Assembly (NCBI GenBank): GCA_030141605.1 | Contig: JAQGDQ010000046.1 | Coordinates: 310,001 to 374,000, forward strand | Source: Tubiluchus corallicola | Taxonomy: Eukaryota; Animalia; Priapulida | DNA: 64,000 nt | Direction: 5' to 3' | In this document: positions 39,851-54,700 of the stretch, in pieces | Position numbering within the stretch: the stretch's first letter is position 1 | Layout: every line of letters starts with the position of its first letter | Notes under the pieces: generated by a model | What the model saw: only the letters and a program-made list of their open reading frames with translations | The model's database searches: none | What the model was told of the DNA's origin: nothing | Translations under genes and position numbers: made by a program

Positions 39851-42800
39851 GTAATGTAGAAACAGCTCAAGCAAACTAAATAACACCAAAGCCTTTCCAA
39901 GTTTTATTGATCCATAAAAGTCAGTAAGAACTTTCAGGTCCATAACCACAACCTTTATCTCTGTTTTATAAACTAACACAGAATAATACACTGTGTAAGA
40001 ATGTGTCTCAAAGCACTGAAATAAAGGGACCAAAGCATCTTTCAAAGTATAGCAGGATTGTGTCGGCTGATATTGTTCAGATGATAGATTTTTTTACTGC
40101 TTTTATACGTACATATATATATATATTCCTTTTTCCAGTTAACAGTAGCATTTTGTGTTTTGGATAAGTAGTATAGGCCTGCAGATTACATGTCGTTTGG
40201 TGAATTTTGATGCCAGGCCAGTGTTGTCAATGCCTGCATTTGAATGTCAACAATTCTAAAAGTTTCTGTGAGTGTATAAATTTTACTAAGCCATTTATGT
40301 TCCACCCACTGATGGTCCCACTATGTAGATTTGATGAAAATTTGGCTAATTTTGAAGATTATCGCTTTAAAACCTTAAGTTTACAGAGCATTTACATGAG
40401 ATGATGGTGATGGTAACAATCACTTTTGATATGATGATAACATGAAGTTGAAATCCACAAGGAGGAAAATGACGACGGCAGCAACAAAAATGACTGAGAT
40501 TGTGAGGCTGATGTTGATGTTGATGAGATGATCTATTTTATGAATTGCAGATTGTACAGTGTTTTGATTACAGATCATTTCTAACATTTTTTGTATGGCT
40601 TTGCCCCTACGTCTTACATTTCCAAATTTTAGTCTTTTGTTGTACACAAGCTTTGGCAATTCTGAGCAATAATTTTAATGGGAATCTCTTTGCACAGGTT
40701 CAGTCACTCGTCCGGGGATGATCTCACTACATCAAAGCTTGGAAGCCATTCCGAAATCAGAATTCTTCCAAAAAGAACGACATCAGTGGAATACAAATGA
40801 GGTAATATTAGTGTGTAGCACTGTGTGCATTGTGCTACCACTGCAAATGTTTTTTATTTTCTAAAGAAAATTTGATAATATTATTATCTTTTCCATTAAG
40901 GAAGGTTCAAAGCTCCCAAACCTCTACCCTTGCACACTTGCAAAGTTTAATCATCTGCTTTTAGTTATGAAGTTTTGATTTTTGTTTTTGCTTTGATTTT
41001 GTTTTACTTAAAAACGTCAAAGAATTTTAAGTTTAAAATAGTTTAACATTTTAATACCTCATTCATTCAATTTTGGACAAAAATATCGTATTAAATGAAA
41101 CCCTATGCTGGAATTGCATAACACAATCTGCACCTGCAGGTGATAAAATACTGATGCTAAAATAATCAGACACTTGCATGAAATGATAACAGAAATTAAT
41201 AGTGCGTTGCTCGCTAATGCAGACTATTCAGTAGTATGGGTCTCAACTTTTTCATGACAACAAACAGGCTAACTAGATTTCCTAAATGATGTTTGATACA
41301 CCCTTATACAAGGGTTTTTAAGATAGCTGAGCATTTTTACTTGTTCTGTACTATGTCACGTTGATACCTGCTATGCTATCTGCTTAGCCTGTAATCCAGA
41401 AACAGTTGCATAATTACTGATAATTACAATTGGTACGGCCACGAATTATGTCATCTTCAGGGTTCTTTTACTTCTACACATATATTGTCATTATTATGCA
41501 GAATTATTATTCATTAATTCTAAAAATGTTACTCCTCATCCATGAAAACTGTGAAATCCTTAAAAACTGTCTGTATGAATCATGCAACAACCTTCAAATG
41601 AGGATGGAAATATCAGTTGAAGGTCGTGTCAGCAGTTCTAAGTAGGAGTATTTACTTAGTTCACACCCAAACTTTTGCCTGTACCATAAACTGTCTTCCT
41701 GCAAATTGTAATGTTAAAATACTATCACACTTGTTTAGTGGGCCTACAGCAGTGTTATTGATACCCCTGCTTTTGGTATTACTTGTCAGGAACTTTTTAG
41801 TTATTGCCTTTTCGTTTTGCAGCCACCCTTGCTTGGATGGTCCACTATCTTATGAGCGATGTGGTGATTTATTTTAAACACTGTAAAAATAATGTTGCTT
41901 ATTAGGTGCTTAGTAAAATGCCATTCACAGGTTTGATCTTTTGTGTCTGTCTTATTTGCTGCCATTTAATCACGCTACTTCTTTTATGAGTGAATTTGTC
42001 TGCTGTTGACTTTGCGCAAGTAGTTTCCATCGGCGTTCGGGAAATTGATTGGTTTATTCAAGGCAAGTATTAGGATATTGCAACGCGTCGATGATTAATT
42101 GAGAGCGAATGTTAAGCGTCAGCGACTTTGAAAAGATATCTGCCTCCGCTTGGATATTAAATGCAAATTAATGAACAAGGAAAAGAGAACAAGCGTACTT
42201 TCAAAATCAAACAAGTCTAATGGAAAATATGTCCTTTAATTTATCATTGAAGTGTTTTTTTAAAATCTTTTGATACTGTTGTACATGTTAAGGCATGGTA
42301 ATATGCCTGCCTTAGAACAGTGTTGGCCTATTTTTTCTGATTGACAAAAAATATGCAGCCTGAAAAATAGGATCCTAATTGGAATGAACCCATAATTACT
42401 AATTTTTTAAATCAAAGTTAATTAGAATGAGGGAAATATGGAGAAGTCGGGACTAAGCCTGGATTTGGACAGGGACCTTCATATTTCAAGGCAATGCCTC
42501 AACCACTGCATGCCTCAGCCCTGTTGTTGAAATTCTTTCTGTGATGGCCTACACGCCTACACTTTCTTGGCTTTTTGCACTGACCCACAAAACTAATTCC
42601 TTACCAAAACTGAATTGGGTGTGAAAAATCGAAATGATTGTGTATTCGTATTTTTGGGAGGCATTTAATGAATTTGCTGAAGCAGAAACTTGATAAAATT
42701 TGGTTACTTTATACGAGTTGGATCTCTAATATTGGGTGTACAACTAGTCTTTGACCAGCTGGCCAACATTTTCACTGCAATGGCATGCACTTTTCTGCAA

Positions 42801-45800
42801 AATGGCTTAACGTAAATTACGATTCTGATGAAGACTTTTGGTCTCTTCCGAAAAGTATTCTTTGCTTTTCATATGTAATTGTCTGTTGCTTGATTGTTAT
42901 TTGTCTTAAAAGTTGTGTAATTAAGTAATGAAAATATGTTTCAGGAAATCGCCTCCTATCTTATTTCATTTGAGAAACACAAAGAATGGTTAAGCACAGA
43001 GGTGAAAATCAGGTAAGATTTGTTGCTTTTGACAACTCTGTCATGTTTTGCTGAAATCATGAGTATACATTTTATGATTAATTAAGTTACTTGCAATGTT
43101 GTGCATTGGATGTGCACATGTTTTTGCAAAATTCTTTTTAGCTAGTATGATATAAATAAATAAAATTCTATTTGGTTTCGAACAGCATTTTTTATTTTTA
43201 AAGTATTAATTTTTTATTACAGCTCAAATATGAGTTAACATTGAAATTTGTGTCACACTTGTTTAATATTGATTACATTATTTTTTGGATTAGTTTGAGT
43301 CTTTTTGCAATGTGTGAATATGGTTGCACATTTAATTCATTTTTTTATTAAAGATACTCTTTTTTCTAGCACAAGAAAGCACTTTTCATAAATAGCGCTT
43401 AACTACGTGTCTTAAAATTTTGCATCACTTACATGCTGTCTTAGCAGTAATGCTGCATAGAACTTGTAAATTTAAACTCCTGAGATGACCCTTAGACGCA
43501 GTTATTTTAATGATACTTTGTTTGAAATAAGTTTAAACTAGTGGAAGTTTTTGACAAAAATTGTGGAAACATTCTGCTTCTGTGACAGAAGATTCTTTAT
43601 GTGACAGCTTTTCTTTTGAAATAAAAAATGTTTTTCAAAACAGTTAGCATCGTGTATGTAAGTACTGTTGTGCTTGACATTAAAAGCTTTAGTGGAAACG
43701 GAATTTGTCACCAGTGACCCGTAACTCAAGACTCTGAAGTTTATAATATTGACTTCGTTGAATTTGCCATTTTTGATTACTAAGGAATTGCATTTTATTT
43801 TAGCAAAATTGAATGTATAATTTTTTGACAGGTAACCCGTTACCAGTCTAATTAAAAACTAAGGCCTGTGTTGTTTTCTTCGCAGCCAAGCACAAAATTT
43901 AGCCTCACAATTACTTCCTGTCCCAGCTTCATAAAATTGCAAAATAATAATTAATTTTACTATCAATAGCATTTTAACGTTAGCTTATTCAAAGCTGTTT
44001 AAGGAAAACAAAAGTACAAATTAATGTAATTTTGTAGAAACTAACAAAACCTGACAGAAGCATTTTGCATAATTATAAAAAAATGTGAGGCCAAAGCTTT
44101 AAGTGGGTTTCTAACCTACAACTTTTAGATATAAAGTCCGGCACTCAGACAGTTGCGCCACGTGTCTTTCGAACAATCACGGTCGGTTTATAAATTTTGA
44201 GGTAAACTGTGCGTGAATCCAATTTCACATGTGAGAATTTCTGTTATTTAGCCTCGAATTAGTCGATCGATGTTTGCGCTCATTTAGGTATTTCCCAAAA
44301 AAACTTACATCGTTTCGTAACCCAGCTCTTTCTTTTTCTAAAGAGCTATTAAACTTCCTTAAACAAACCTATAACACGCTCGACGAACGTTTTTTCTCGA
44401 TGATGTTTTGCAAATATTTCAGCAATGAAATCAGACTTTCTTTCGTTTAACCTGCAACTTGATGTCCAGCGCCCACCAAAATCGGCGAAACTTATGTAAT
44501 TGGATTCACCTCATCAAGACCTTTCATTTGATATATTACACAGTACTGTTACTCTAAGTCGGAAGCATTGGTGTCCCCGGCCCCTCGATTTTGGTTTTTG
44601 TCCCCTAGCACAAAATTTTCCCATACACAAAGGGCTCATATTCACTCATGCACAACTCAACCCCACCTAGCAACATACCAAAAATTGTAACCCTAGCTCA
44701 AAAAACTGTAGGAGGAGATCCAGCCTAACGGTAAAAAGAAGCCCTTCCTGCTCCTTGATCTTTGGCCTAAGGGTGATGGGTTACACAAAAATATAAATCC
44801 CCCTACCTGAGCAGTGCCCTGTGAGTTTCGTAAACTTAACGTAGTGTGTGTGCAAGTTATTTAAAAAGCAAAAAAGCACAAATAGATAAATAAACAAAGA
44901 ATAAAAGCCAGGCGTAAATTAAGACGATTCTGCTGTAAAATAATCAGAGCCTTCGTAGTACACTCTTCACTAACTAAGCAAAAGTCTAAATTACTTTATA
45001 TTCATTATGATCTATAGTGTGTTTTTTGGTGAATCAGTGGTACGTGCTGGGATGGCAATGCAGAGCCATTTTACCAGGTGACGTGAATATTTAAAATTAT
45101 TAAGAATTTTCTTTTCCAGTTACATAAGTCTTTCAAACAAGTAAGCGTAATGCTAAGTAACATAACTTTGTGTGGGAAGTTCTTTGGGTTAAAATTTCTC
45201 TTTTCCTCGTACTAGGAGAACTCTGGTGTTCACACATTGTCATTATTTTATGAATATGCAACTGGTGTTTTATGTTGCATATAATACTTTTAAGCCTTCT
45301 GTGAAGATTCCTCGTATGTAAAGAGAAACCCTAGTGTTCACACATTGTCATTATTTTATGAGTACGCAGGCGGCCTTTTATGTTGACAGAAATTCTGCAG
45401 TTTTCAAATTTCATTAACAACAACCCCATTCAATGCCGATGGTGCACGCTTCTGAAGATGAAATTAGAAAATCTTTCTATAACTAGCCTGCAATTTTGGA
45501 ATTTTTTTATTTATTTAAATTAGCTTCTTCCTTAGTATTCACTGTGTGTCTGCTAATGGCGTCACCAACTTCAGTGTAGTTGCTGAGGTGATGAAGTTTG
45601 ACTTCATGCCTCAGTCACCTTAGTCATTAAACAATGCAAAACAGCTAAATTATTCATTCAGTGATGTTAAAAGACTCTAAATAAGCCAGTAGGTTTTCTC
45701 TGCAGATACATTCTGCTTTTTCCATAAGAAGCCTTGCACTCTAATAAATAATTAACATGGAATCTGATCGTACGTGCAGCTACCTATAATTCTTTCGTTG

Positions 45801-48757
45801 CAAATTACCTCTGTTGGATAATGAATGCGCAAACGCACCTGCTAATGAAAAATAATCTATCCAAGATAGAGACTAATGCTGTTTATTGATATTTGCTTGA
45901 CTAGTGATCCTGAGGTCAATGGTAGGCACCGAATGGAATTGATTATTAATTTTTAATTTATAATTTAATGGCTTGCAATCGTCAACTACATGGTGCCGTC
46001 ATGAATAATTAATGCATTTGCATATGTATTTTTGAATATCAACACCACCACTATGCTTTGTAAATGCGTAATAGTTCTCAGAACATCTTTTATTCTGTTA
46101 ATTAACAGATGCTTTTCATCATTTAGTTCTTGCCCACTCTATGCCGTACCATGTGCTTCTCATAAATTCTATTAAATTAACAATTTTTTGAAAGTTAACA
46201 ACCTAACTTAATGTGGGTACAGTCTGAGTATTGCATTAATGTTTGCTTAATATATCACTTAGTACTATTGATTTTTTCCTCATTAGGTATATTTTTTACA
46301 GATTTATGGATTTGTATATGCTATTTTCTCAACAACTACTGAACCATCTGTGACAAATTATATAACAAATGAACTGTCTCTGTCTCGTTGAGTCCCATAG
46401 ATAATTTATTTTTGAATTCGGGATCTCTGGGAAGCGCCACAATCGAAATACCTACAAAAATCAGCGTTTTTGGCTTGTTTTTTGCCAATAGATCTGAAGA
46501 ACGCCAGTGCGAGAGTGGGGTAGTATACGTCATTGGAAAGAGAATTCAGCATATAATGCAATAGGTATAGTTTGGCTTCCCTAGAAGCTCAGGAGTTGCC
46601 ACAATAAGGGTTTTTCCAGATTCATTCACTCAAAATTTCCTAAAAATTGCGAAAAAATCGATTTTTGAGGCGAATTCAGTTTGGGCAACTTGGAAAATGA
46701 TAAGCCGACACTCTCGGTAAAAGAACGAAGTGGTCTATAAAGTGTGAATGGTTCATTTTCAGAGATGCCCACTTAATGAAATGAGGGAGGTTGTATTTCA
46801 TAGTTTTGTCAGCCTTCCCATAACTGCTCCCTACTGCAACAGCCATTGTCTTTGTATTTCAGGAATGTGCGGCTGTTTAGGGCATTGCCACCATTCTATT
46901 GTAGTTTAAAGAGAGCTATTATAATTGTTATATGTCTGTTAACCTTTATCACTAAAGGGACATTAGACAAAAAACTATGTAGAATGTTTGTGCATTATTG
47001 ATTGTATGCAAAATGTTTTTGTGGGGTTTGACTAGTAGCATATTATTTTGTAACAGGACGAATTATTTCTTGTAATTAAAATAAACTGTTATATTTCTAA
47101 ACAGTTGGGAAGCTATTGTTTAGTTCCTACTGAAAATTATTGCTTCTCTGCTCAGCATTAGTATATGCACCACAGCATACACTCAAAATGAAAAGTTTTA
47201 GTGTATTTATGTTATAATTCAAGTGGTGGAATAGAATTTCAGTCTTCCTATGCTGCTTCAGAATTGTTGACACCATATGATGCCAACGTTTATCATTAAC
47301 GGTTACATCGATCATAAAGAACATTGCTTTTAACCATAGGCATGGCAGTTATGCGCAAGGTCAATAATTGCATTCTGGAGTGCATCGAGAGCCATAATGG
47401 GTCTCCTAGGATGTGGCACTTATAATGTTTTCACATATAACACATGCTAATGTGTAATGCGTGTGCTGTGAGCGATTAATGCAACTTGCTCGAGTAAGGA
47501 TGCATAAATGAAGTTTGTGAGCGAAAAGGGGAATCTTGAACAAGGGCCGTCGTCTTTGTGTTTGTTAAGCGAAAGTTTGTTAATGCACAAAAGAGAGTGA
47601 CTCCATTTATTATGTACTTAGTAAGCTGTCATGCAGCCTCTCTGAAATTTGGCAGTTTCTTGTGTTACCCTGTGATAAAAATTGTTTTTGCTCATATCAC
47701 AGAATTCCATACTTTAGTTTCCAAAACACAGTCCAAAGCACTGCTTTCAAGACAACCTAACTTGTTCAAACTAGTTTCAGTTTTCTGAAGCTGTAGTTAG
47801 CATGCTTGTAAACCTTAAAAATACTTGAATTTTACTCCAGAGACCCTCACTTCAGTTTACTCAAAAAATGCTTTCATCAAATATTTAAAGTGAGAGCCTT
47901 TAGATCATATCTAACTATTTTTATACACATTTAGCTTTCTGTTATTGCTGCATAACATTTCTCTATGCTTCATGTTTTTACGCTTTTCACGGAGAAATGT
48001 CGAGCGCTTTCATGTCAACTAATTACTTCTTTATTACATTATTTAGTGAGTGCAAGTGTTAAAAACATGTAAATGCTTTGTGCTTTTTTTGTAAACTTGA
48101 ATGTTGATTTGGAGTCTTGTTAGTGGTGCCACATCATTTAAATGGATTATTGTTTTCGTTACATAAAGGCATACACATCAGTCCAAAGCCTAAGCTTACC
48201 TGTTTTATTGAATTTTATATGAATTATTTTTCAGGCGTTAAGAACCTTTTTAAAAAACCAACATTTTTGATGTATTGCGGAGTGTTATATTCGACCCCAC
48301 AAAAAGTGCATGACTGTGCAAAATTTGACAAAATAAAATAAGACTTTAATGTTACCTGTACATGTGTATAACAGGCTGTGGTTAATTGATTACCATTACA
48401 TCTATCAATCTTTTGATAAAAATTATATTAGTACTATGTACTTTCCATTGTTACCAACCTTTTTTCTGAGTTTTCTACTTTTCAGACCTAGGTCAGGAAC
48501 AATGTTGCTGTACAGTCGAAAGACGTGTAGATATCGACAAGACGGGTATTACTGGAAGAAACGCAGGGATGGCAAGACAGCCCGAGAAGACCACATGAAA
48601 CTAAAAGTACAGGGAGTAGAGGCAAGTGTAATCTACCATCCAATTTAATGGCAAAATTTCAATATCGTCTATTAAATTGTTCAGTGTGTGTATTTTTCAA
48701 TAAATTCCTCTTCAGTTTTTAATTGAGATTTTAGTTTATCATGTTTTCTTCCATTCT

Positions 48758-48798
<41 letters not shown>

Positions 48799-51700
48799 GT
48801 CTGTCTCTCACTCTCATTCTCTGTCTCTCCCCTCCTCCATTTCTTCTACCAATTTGCAAAAAAGCGTGTTGATATTACACGCCACACGTGTAATGATGAT
48901 ACTCATGTAATCTTTCAATCACACTACATGACATAAAATTGCAAATTAATTCCTCTGCGGCTAATCCCAGTTGCGAAAACGCAGATATTTTTCTTGCCGT
49001 TGTCATGGAAATTGCAGCTTCCGCATTGGCGGTCACTTCTTGTGCGAAATCCCCAAAGAGTTGGTATTTAGCTAACCTTCCTGTAGCATTGCAGACTGAG
49101 TTTATCCAGAATTTTCTCTGCTTGCCTTTTATGGTAAATGATCCAGCAAGCATTTGTAATCAATATCAGTTGGTACAGTAGAGAGTGTTAAAATAAAGGC
49201 TGCAGTTAGTAAATTTTAGATATGTAGATCTGCATAAAGATGCTTGGCGAGTTATTATTATAGTTATATAATAACTACATACATTTGGAAGTGAGGGTAG
49301 CATGTTTCTGTTTTTCCCTTACAAACTGAGGGATGCCACTGCATGATGATTTTGCAGTAAACGTGAACAACATGCCCTTTAAAACTATTATTTTCGATTC
49401 CTACAAACAGCCTATATATTGTGTATTTATGCATTTTATTTGGTTTGTGATTAGTTGATGGCTGATTCTGAGAGTTAAGCTTTTTTTATTTTGACTTGAA
49501 CTACTTATTAGATGCTAAATTTATATTCTACTTATATTTAAATTGTGTATTTGCAAGATTGCGCGTATGCGTGCGTGCGTGTGTTTGTAAACTTTTTAAA
49601 AAAACTGCTAATTTCTTTTTGTAAGTTCTCTTATCATTATTATTATGCTTTTAAGTGAAAGTCATTAGAAACCTCCGACTAGGCTTGCTTTTCTTGTATA
49701 ATTTACAATAATTGGCACATAAAATTAACAGTAAACATTTTAATTTTGAATGCAGAACTAGTAATGACTGGAAACTTCTTGTAATTTTGGTAGCACAATG
49801 CCCTGTTTTGTTCGGGAATCGGCTCCATTTGCCTTGTTTTGAATAATTGTTTTAACTTTGCTGTGATCTCATACTGAACACTAAACACAAAATTGTTACT
49901 GTCGTCTGTACTGCAGCTGCATTAGGGCAGTGTAGAAGCTAATGAGCATATAGGCTTCCTATATATATAGCCCTGTTTGTTGTTAGTCTTAATTGTATAC
50001 TGATGACGATAAAGCTCAGAAATATCTGGGTTCTTATTATTTGAACAGTTTCAGTTTATCATATAAATAAGGCCAGTTATGATCTTTTTTGTTTGAAAGT
50101 TTTCAGGCTTATCAAAGAAGAAATTATGTTGCTACAAACTGAGTTTGTTTTGCTTGCATCCAGGATTTTTATACAGCACTCCTTTTTTCATTTTTTCATA
50201 TACTTTTTAATTTTAGCAATGCTTTCAACTTTGATTGAAACTAGTATCATATTGACCAATGTCATTACAGCTTGCTTGTATTTATAATATTATTATCCTC
50301 CTTATGATGAAATTCTGATAATGAATTATATTGCCATCTTTCTGATATTTTTTATAAATGATGACAATTCGATTAATAATTTGATGAATTAATAAGTCTA
50401 GTTATGCCTCATGGCTACATGTCCTTGCATTTATAACCGCAAATGCTATCATTGCAAATGTAGGATAACTCATACAGGGATTTTTGTCATTTCATTGTGT
50501 CAGGAATCCAATTTTCCACTTTTTAATTCATGATTCATGTTAACTGACAAACACAAGGACTAAACACATGGAACTTGCAGGGTAGACACCAGTGGTAGGG
50601 GCCTTGAAAGTGTTGTAATGAATGGTGACCTCTGTCTGTCAAAGGTCAAGGAGACTGGACATCAATTAGTTTTCAACTGTCATGTTAAGGCAAATGTATA
50701 CCAGAGTTTTAAAAAGATAAGAATGTTTAAGGTCCCGAGATACAAGCCAAAATTCATAACATTGAATCATTGAATAACTTCTAAACTATAGACTTGTTCT
50801 TACAAGTTCAATCAATTTACATGCATTTTTTATGGATTTTGTGAAATCCTAGACACTGTTTTAATCCGCGAGCAGGACCAAGAGGTCCGGAATACCAAGA
50901 GGACTTAATGTTAGGCATCCAACCCAGAGTAAGCATGGAGTTTTTGCGGTTTGATAAGCAAAGGACATTGTCAAGTGTTAAACAGTGTCGTGCTCGAATT
51001 GGAATTGTTTAAAGGTCCGGGGTTGGAGCCAAAAACGAGATAGGAATCTAAATGTGCAAATTAGGGCAAACTCCTCACACATGAGTAAACTACATTGAAT
51101 CAGGTACAGTCAAGTGATAATTTATCACAAGCGTCATGCACACTGGTTAGTCATTCTTGAGTGTATTAATGTAGAAGTATTGACATGAGTTAATTTATGT
51201 TATGCTTGCTGATTTGGATCTGAATTCATTCGCTGTTGTTTAATTCATATGTTTCCTTGTTTTAGTGTCTGTATGGTTGTTACGTTCATTCAGCTGTTCT
51301 GCCAACATTTCACAGGCGGTGCTACTGGTTACTTCAGGTGAGCTAAACATTATTGCCATAAATTATACTAATAATTCAATAAACATGATCACAACAGCAG
51401 CTCTACCAAATGGCGCACATTTTCATTTGCGATTTGTAATGGAAAGTGACATGACTAAGCATGTGCTGCCACCTACATTTAAAATTATTTATTATTGTAA
51501 CTTGATTTTAGTTTAATACAGGTTGTGGCGTTGATCGGTGCTGCTCAGTCACCTATACCTGCTGGGCTTCCCTTATATGGTAGTGAAGATTGCTAGTGAG
51601 TTTTACTAGCCAATCAGGTAAGCTCAGCGGGTGTATGTGACTTGGGTAGCTCTGCCAAAGACAAGCCTATGATTTTTTTTCTTATTATTATTGCTGCTGA

Positions 51701-54700
51701 GTTATCACCATGTGTGTCTGCCTTTCATGTAAATAGTGCAAATAACCTTTAACAGTTCAGTGGAGTTTTCTGTTCTCTTTTTTCTTTAACCGCCAGAGTG
51801 AACCAGTCTTAAAATTCAATGTAAAAGTATCCAATTCAAGCTCTTTACAAATTCAGCTATAAAGTTTTTACAAGTGGTTCAGTTAATCTGTGTAGCCAAC
51901 TGTAAAATTTCTATACCAAATATTGTTTTTGTAGAACCCGAAACATCTCTGTCTGATACTGGAACTTGTGGGCTTATGTTGTATGCTCATGGAAAACATG
52001 TGTATCAGAGTCATATCATTAAAAGCAGATTATCATTTATCTTTAAATGTAAATTTTTTGCAGTGCACTGGTAATCAGCATGAGAAGAAAATCAAAACAT
52101 TTATTAAAAGAATTTTTAATTTTTCTCATTCTTAATTCCTAACATTAGCCTTATTCGTTTTTCGGTTTTCGTAAAAAAGACAGTTTGTATTTGAGCGGCT
52201 AATTTCTTTTTGTTTATAGAAATTTAGCTGACTTCAACTATGCGTGTCAATACAAAACATTGTGTCATTACATTTTCTATTTTAGTTGATAGAGGAACAT
52301 ATGCTCAAAAATATATCACAAATTCTCACACAATACTCTTTTTTAAGTGAACATATTAGTGTTTTTGTGCAATTGACCCGGCTTCTAGATTTGCATTAAA
52401 ATGTTTTATAGCCATATTGCCAACAAATGCAATGCTTTTATGCCACTGTGCCTTTAACTGTTTTCTCCAATTAGTGTTCTTGCTTTGAGGTATATACTTA
52501 TGGTTTTTTTTCAGAATCCAGATATTGTTCTAGTACACTATCTGAACACTCCCTATGAACAGGACAACAAACTATATCCGATTAGCCATTATATAGAGAA
52601 TAAACAGTGGACAAAGGAGGAGCTTATCAAACAACTTAAACCTATGTGTAAGTAGATACATATGCTGTGAAATACCCTAGATCTGTACTCATCATCAAGA
52701 TTGTTTATCTGTATTTTGTCTGCCATATTTATACTAACATCATTAATAAGGTTTGCTAAATATCAAAACTTTCTTTTGCACTTTTTTAAGTTGGTAGTTT
52801 TCTCATTTTCCTTGTTAAGTTGATGCCTAACGTTCATTTTCTGTCTTGGGATATAACTTACAATGCACAATTTTTGTTTGCACATGTAAGATGTTAAAAT
52901 TCTTGCTATGAGTTTATACATGAAACTACTCCTAAGGTTCTTCAGTGCTTCATGTTTCGTTTTTGTAGGCCTTAAATTGAATGCATATGCATTCACTCAC
53001 AAAGATTTTTGTCTTTACAGTTTTTAGTCAGACTGATGCAGATGTTACAAATGAAGCACATTTAGCGGTAAGTCGTAGACTGTTAAAAAGACTGGCAGTA
53101 GATTTGAACTCTTAGTATTTTGCAGCATATTTATTCGTATCATGTCAGCTTTTATTATAGAATGTTTTGAGTATGGAAAACCAAAAATTTTCTACAACAT
53201 TTATAACTTCACATTGTTTGTGTAGTATTGTAATGTTTATAATGCCTTTACAGATATCTGACACTGTAGAAAACATAGTAGAACAATTACTGGACATGCA
53301 GAAGTGGACTCAGACTTCTGATACATGTACTTGTTATTCGCCCCAGGCTGGTACTTCTGACGGCCATGTTGTTGTGTCTTGTCCTAAGCATAGAATAATT
53401 TCACCAAAAACTGATTCGTTAATAACGACATCTAACGATGTAATCGCAAACACCAGCCCGGGTGCGATCCTAAACAATAGTATCCAAACCACCTTGGCTG
53501 ATGTAGTGAATGCTGGACAACAGTCCGCACCCACAAGTTTTGTGATGCCAAACAATGAGTCTGTGAATTCCATAGTGTTAAATGTTTCTGAGTTGCAGAA
53601 TGGCAACCGTGTTCTGATACTGAACAGTAGTTCCTTAAAGCAGCCAACTGTATCTTTAAACTGCAGTTGTACGAACGGAAGTCAACAAAAAGTTACCCAG
53701 GAGTTAAAATCAGACATGAATGGGCTATGTGATAATCAAAACACACTGAACTCCCATTGTTTTACCCTGGCTAGCAGAAACTCATTTTCCAGCTTGTCTG
53801 CTGTCAGTAGCTCTAGCATGACTGGTTTATCCAATAATATGAAAAACGAAAATTCAGAACAAGTCAGCATCACTAATGGCATATCTCCTACATTTGTAAC
53901 GCCATCCAGTAGCAGTTTTGGCAGCATATCCATGCCAGGAACCAGTAGCCAAACATCTGATCACCCTGTACCAATTTCCATGGCAACTGATATGAACTGT
54001 GGTAGTCCTGTGATGAACGGTGCATCTCATGATGACATGGAGCTGTTCGATGGAAATCTAAGTCACTTGATCACTGAAGATATACAGAAAACATTGTCCG
54101 AAAATTTACCGGTGAATTCTGTACATAAACTGAACAGTGATTTTCAAACTCCAGATGATTTTTTTAATTTGGACATGTTGTCAGACTTTCCGGATTTCTT
54201 CCAAAATGATTTGACTGACAATGAAGCATCATCTGGTCAAGATGAACAAAGTATCGTTACTCCAATAACTATAGGAACAACAACCAGTGACGCTCACGCA
54301 AGATGTGACACCAGTATTGGAAACATTCTTACTATTAGTGACTTTTCTCCTGAGTGGTCCTATCCAGAGGTAAGAATAGTGTGTTTGCTTGTTTACAGAT
54401 GTAAGTTGCCTGTACTGCTTTCTGGTGTTGAAAACAATGTGACTGCATACAAGACGAAGAAACCACTTAAGTATTGTTACCTATAAGTGGTTTTTTTAAT
54501 GAGCAGGTGATTGAGCAACTTATGTGTGTGTATGTATGTGTGGTGTGTGCGTGTGTGCATGAGTGTGTGCGCACATGCATTGTGTGCATGTAGACAGATA
54601 TCATTAGTGCAAATTTAGGAAGTCAGTTATTACGACAAGTTAGATAGATTACTTACCAGATTTATGTTAGCTGGCATGGCCACATTGTTAAAACCAAGTG

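Noticed and set aside
42822-42856. Hammerhead-like CTGATGA-AGAC..GTCT-..GAAA
   Set aside because: Extra bases lie between stem II and GAAA, and there are no convincing stems I and III.
45221-45390. Spaced direct repeats (also 29292-29385 and 33336-33397) as a CRISPR-like array
   Set aside because: Only two diverged copies each, in a eukaryotic context with no cas genes; these are ordinary local duplications.
50740-51000. Possible LINE RT relic ([10 protein letters not shown])
   Set aside because: A single weak motif; too decayed to call.
53334-53933. Antisense ORFs over the large CAMTA exon
   Set aside because: Shadow ORFs of the coding strand with no motifs of their own.
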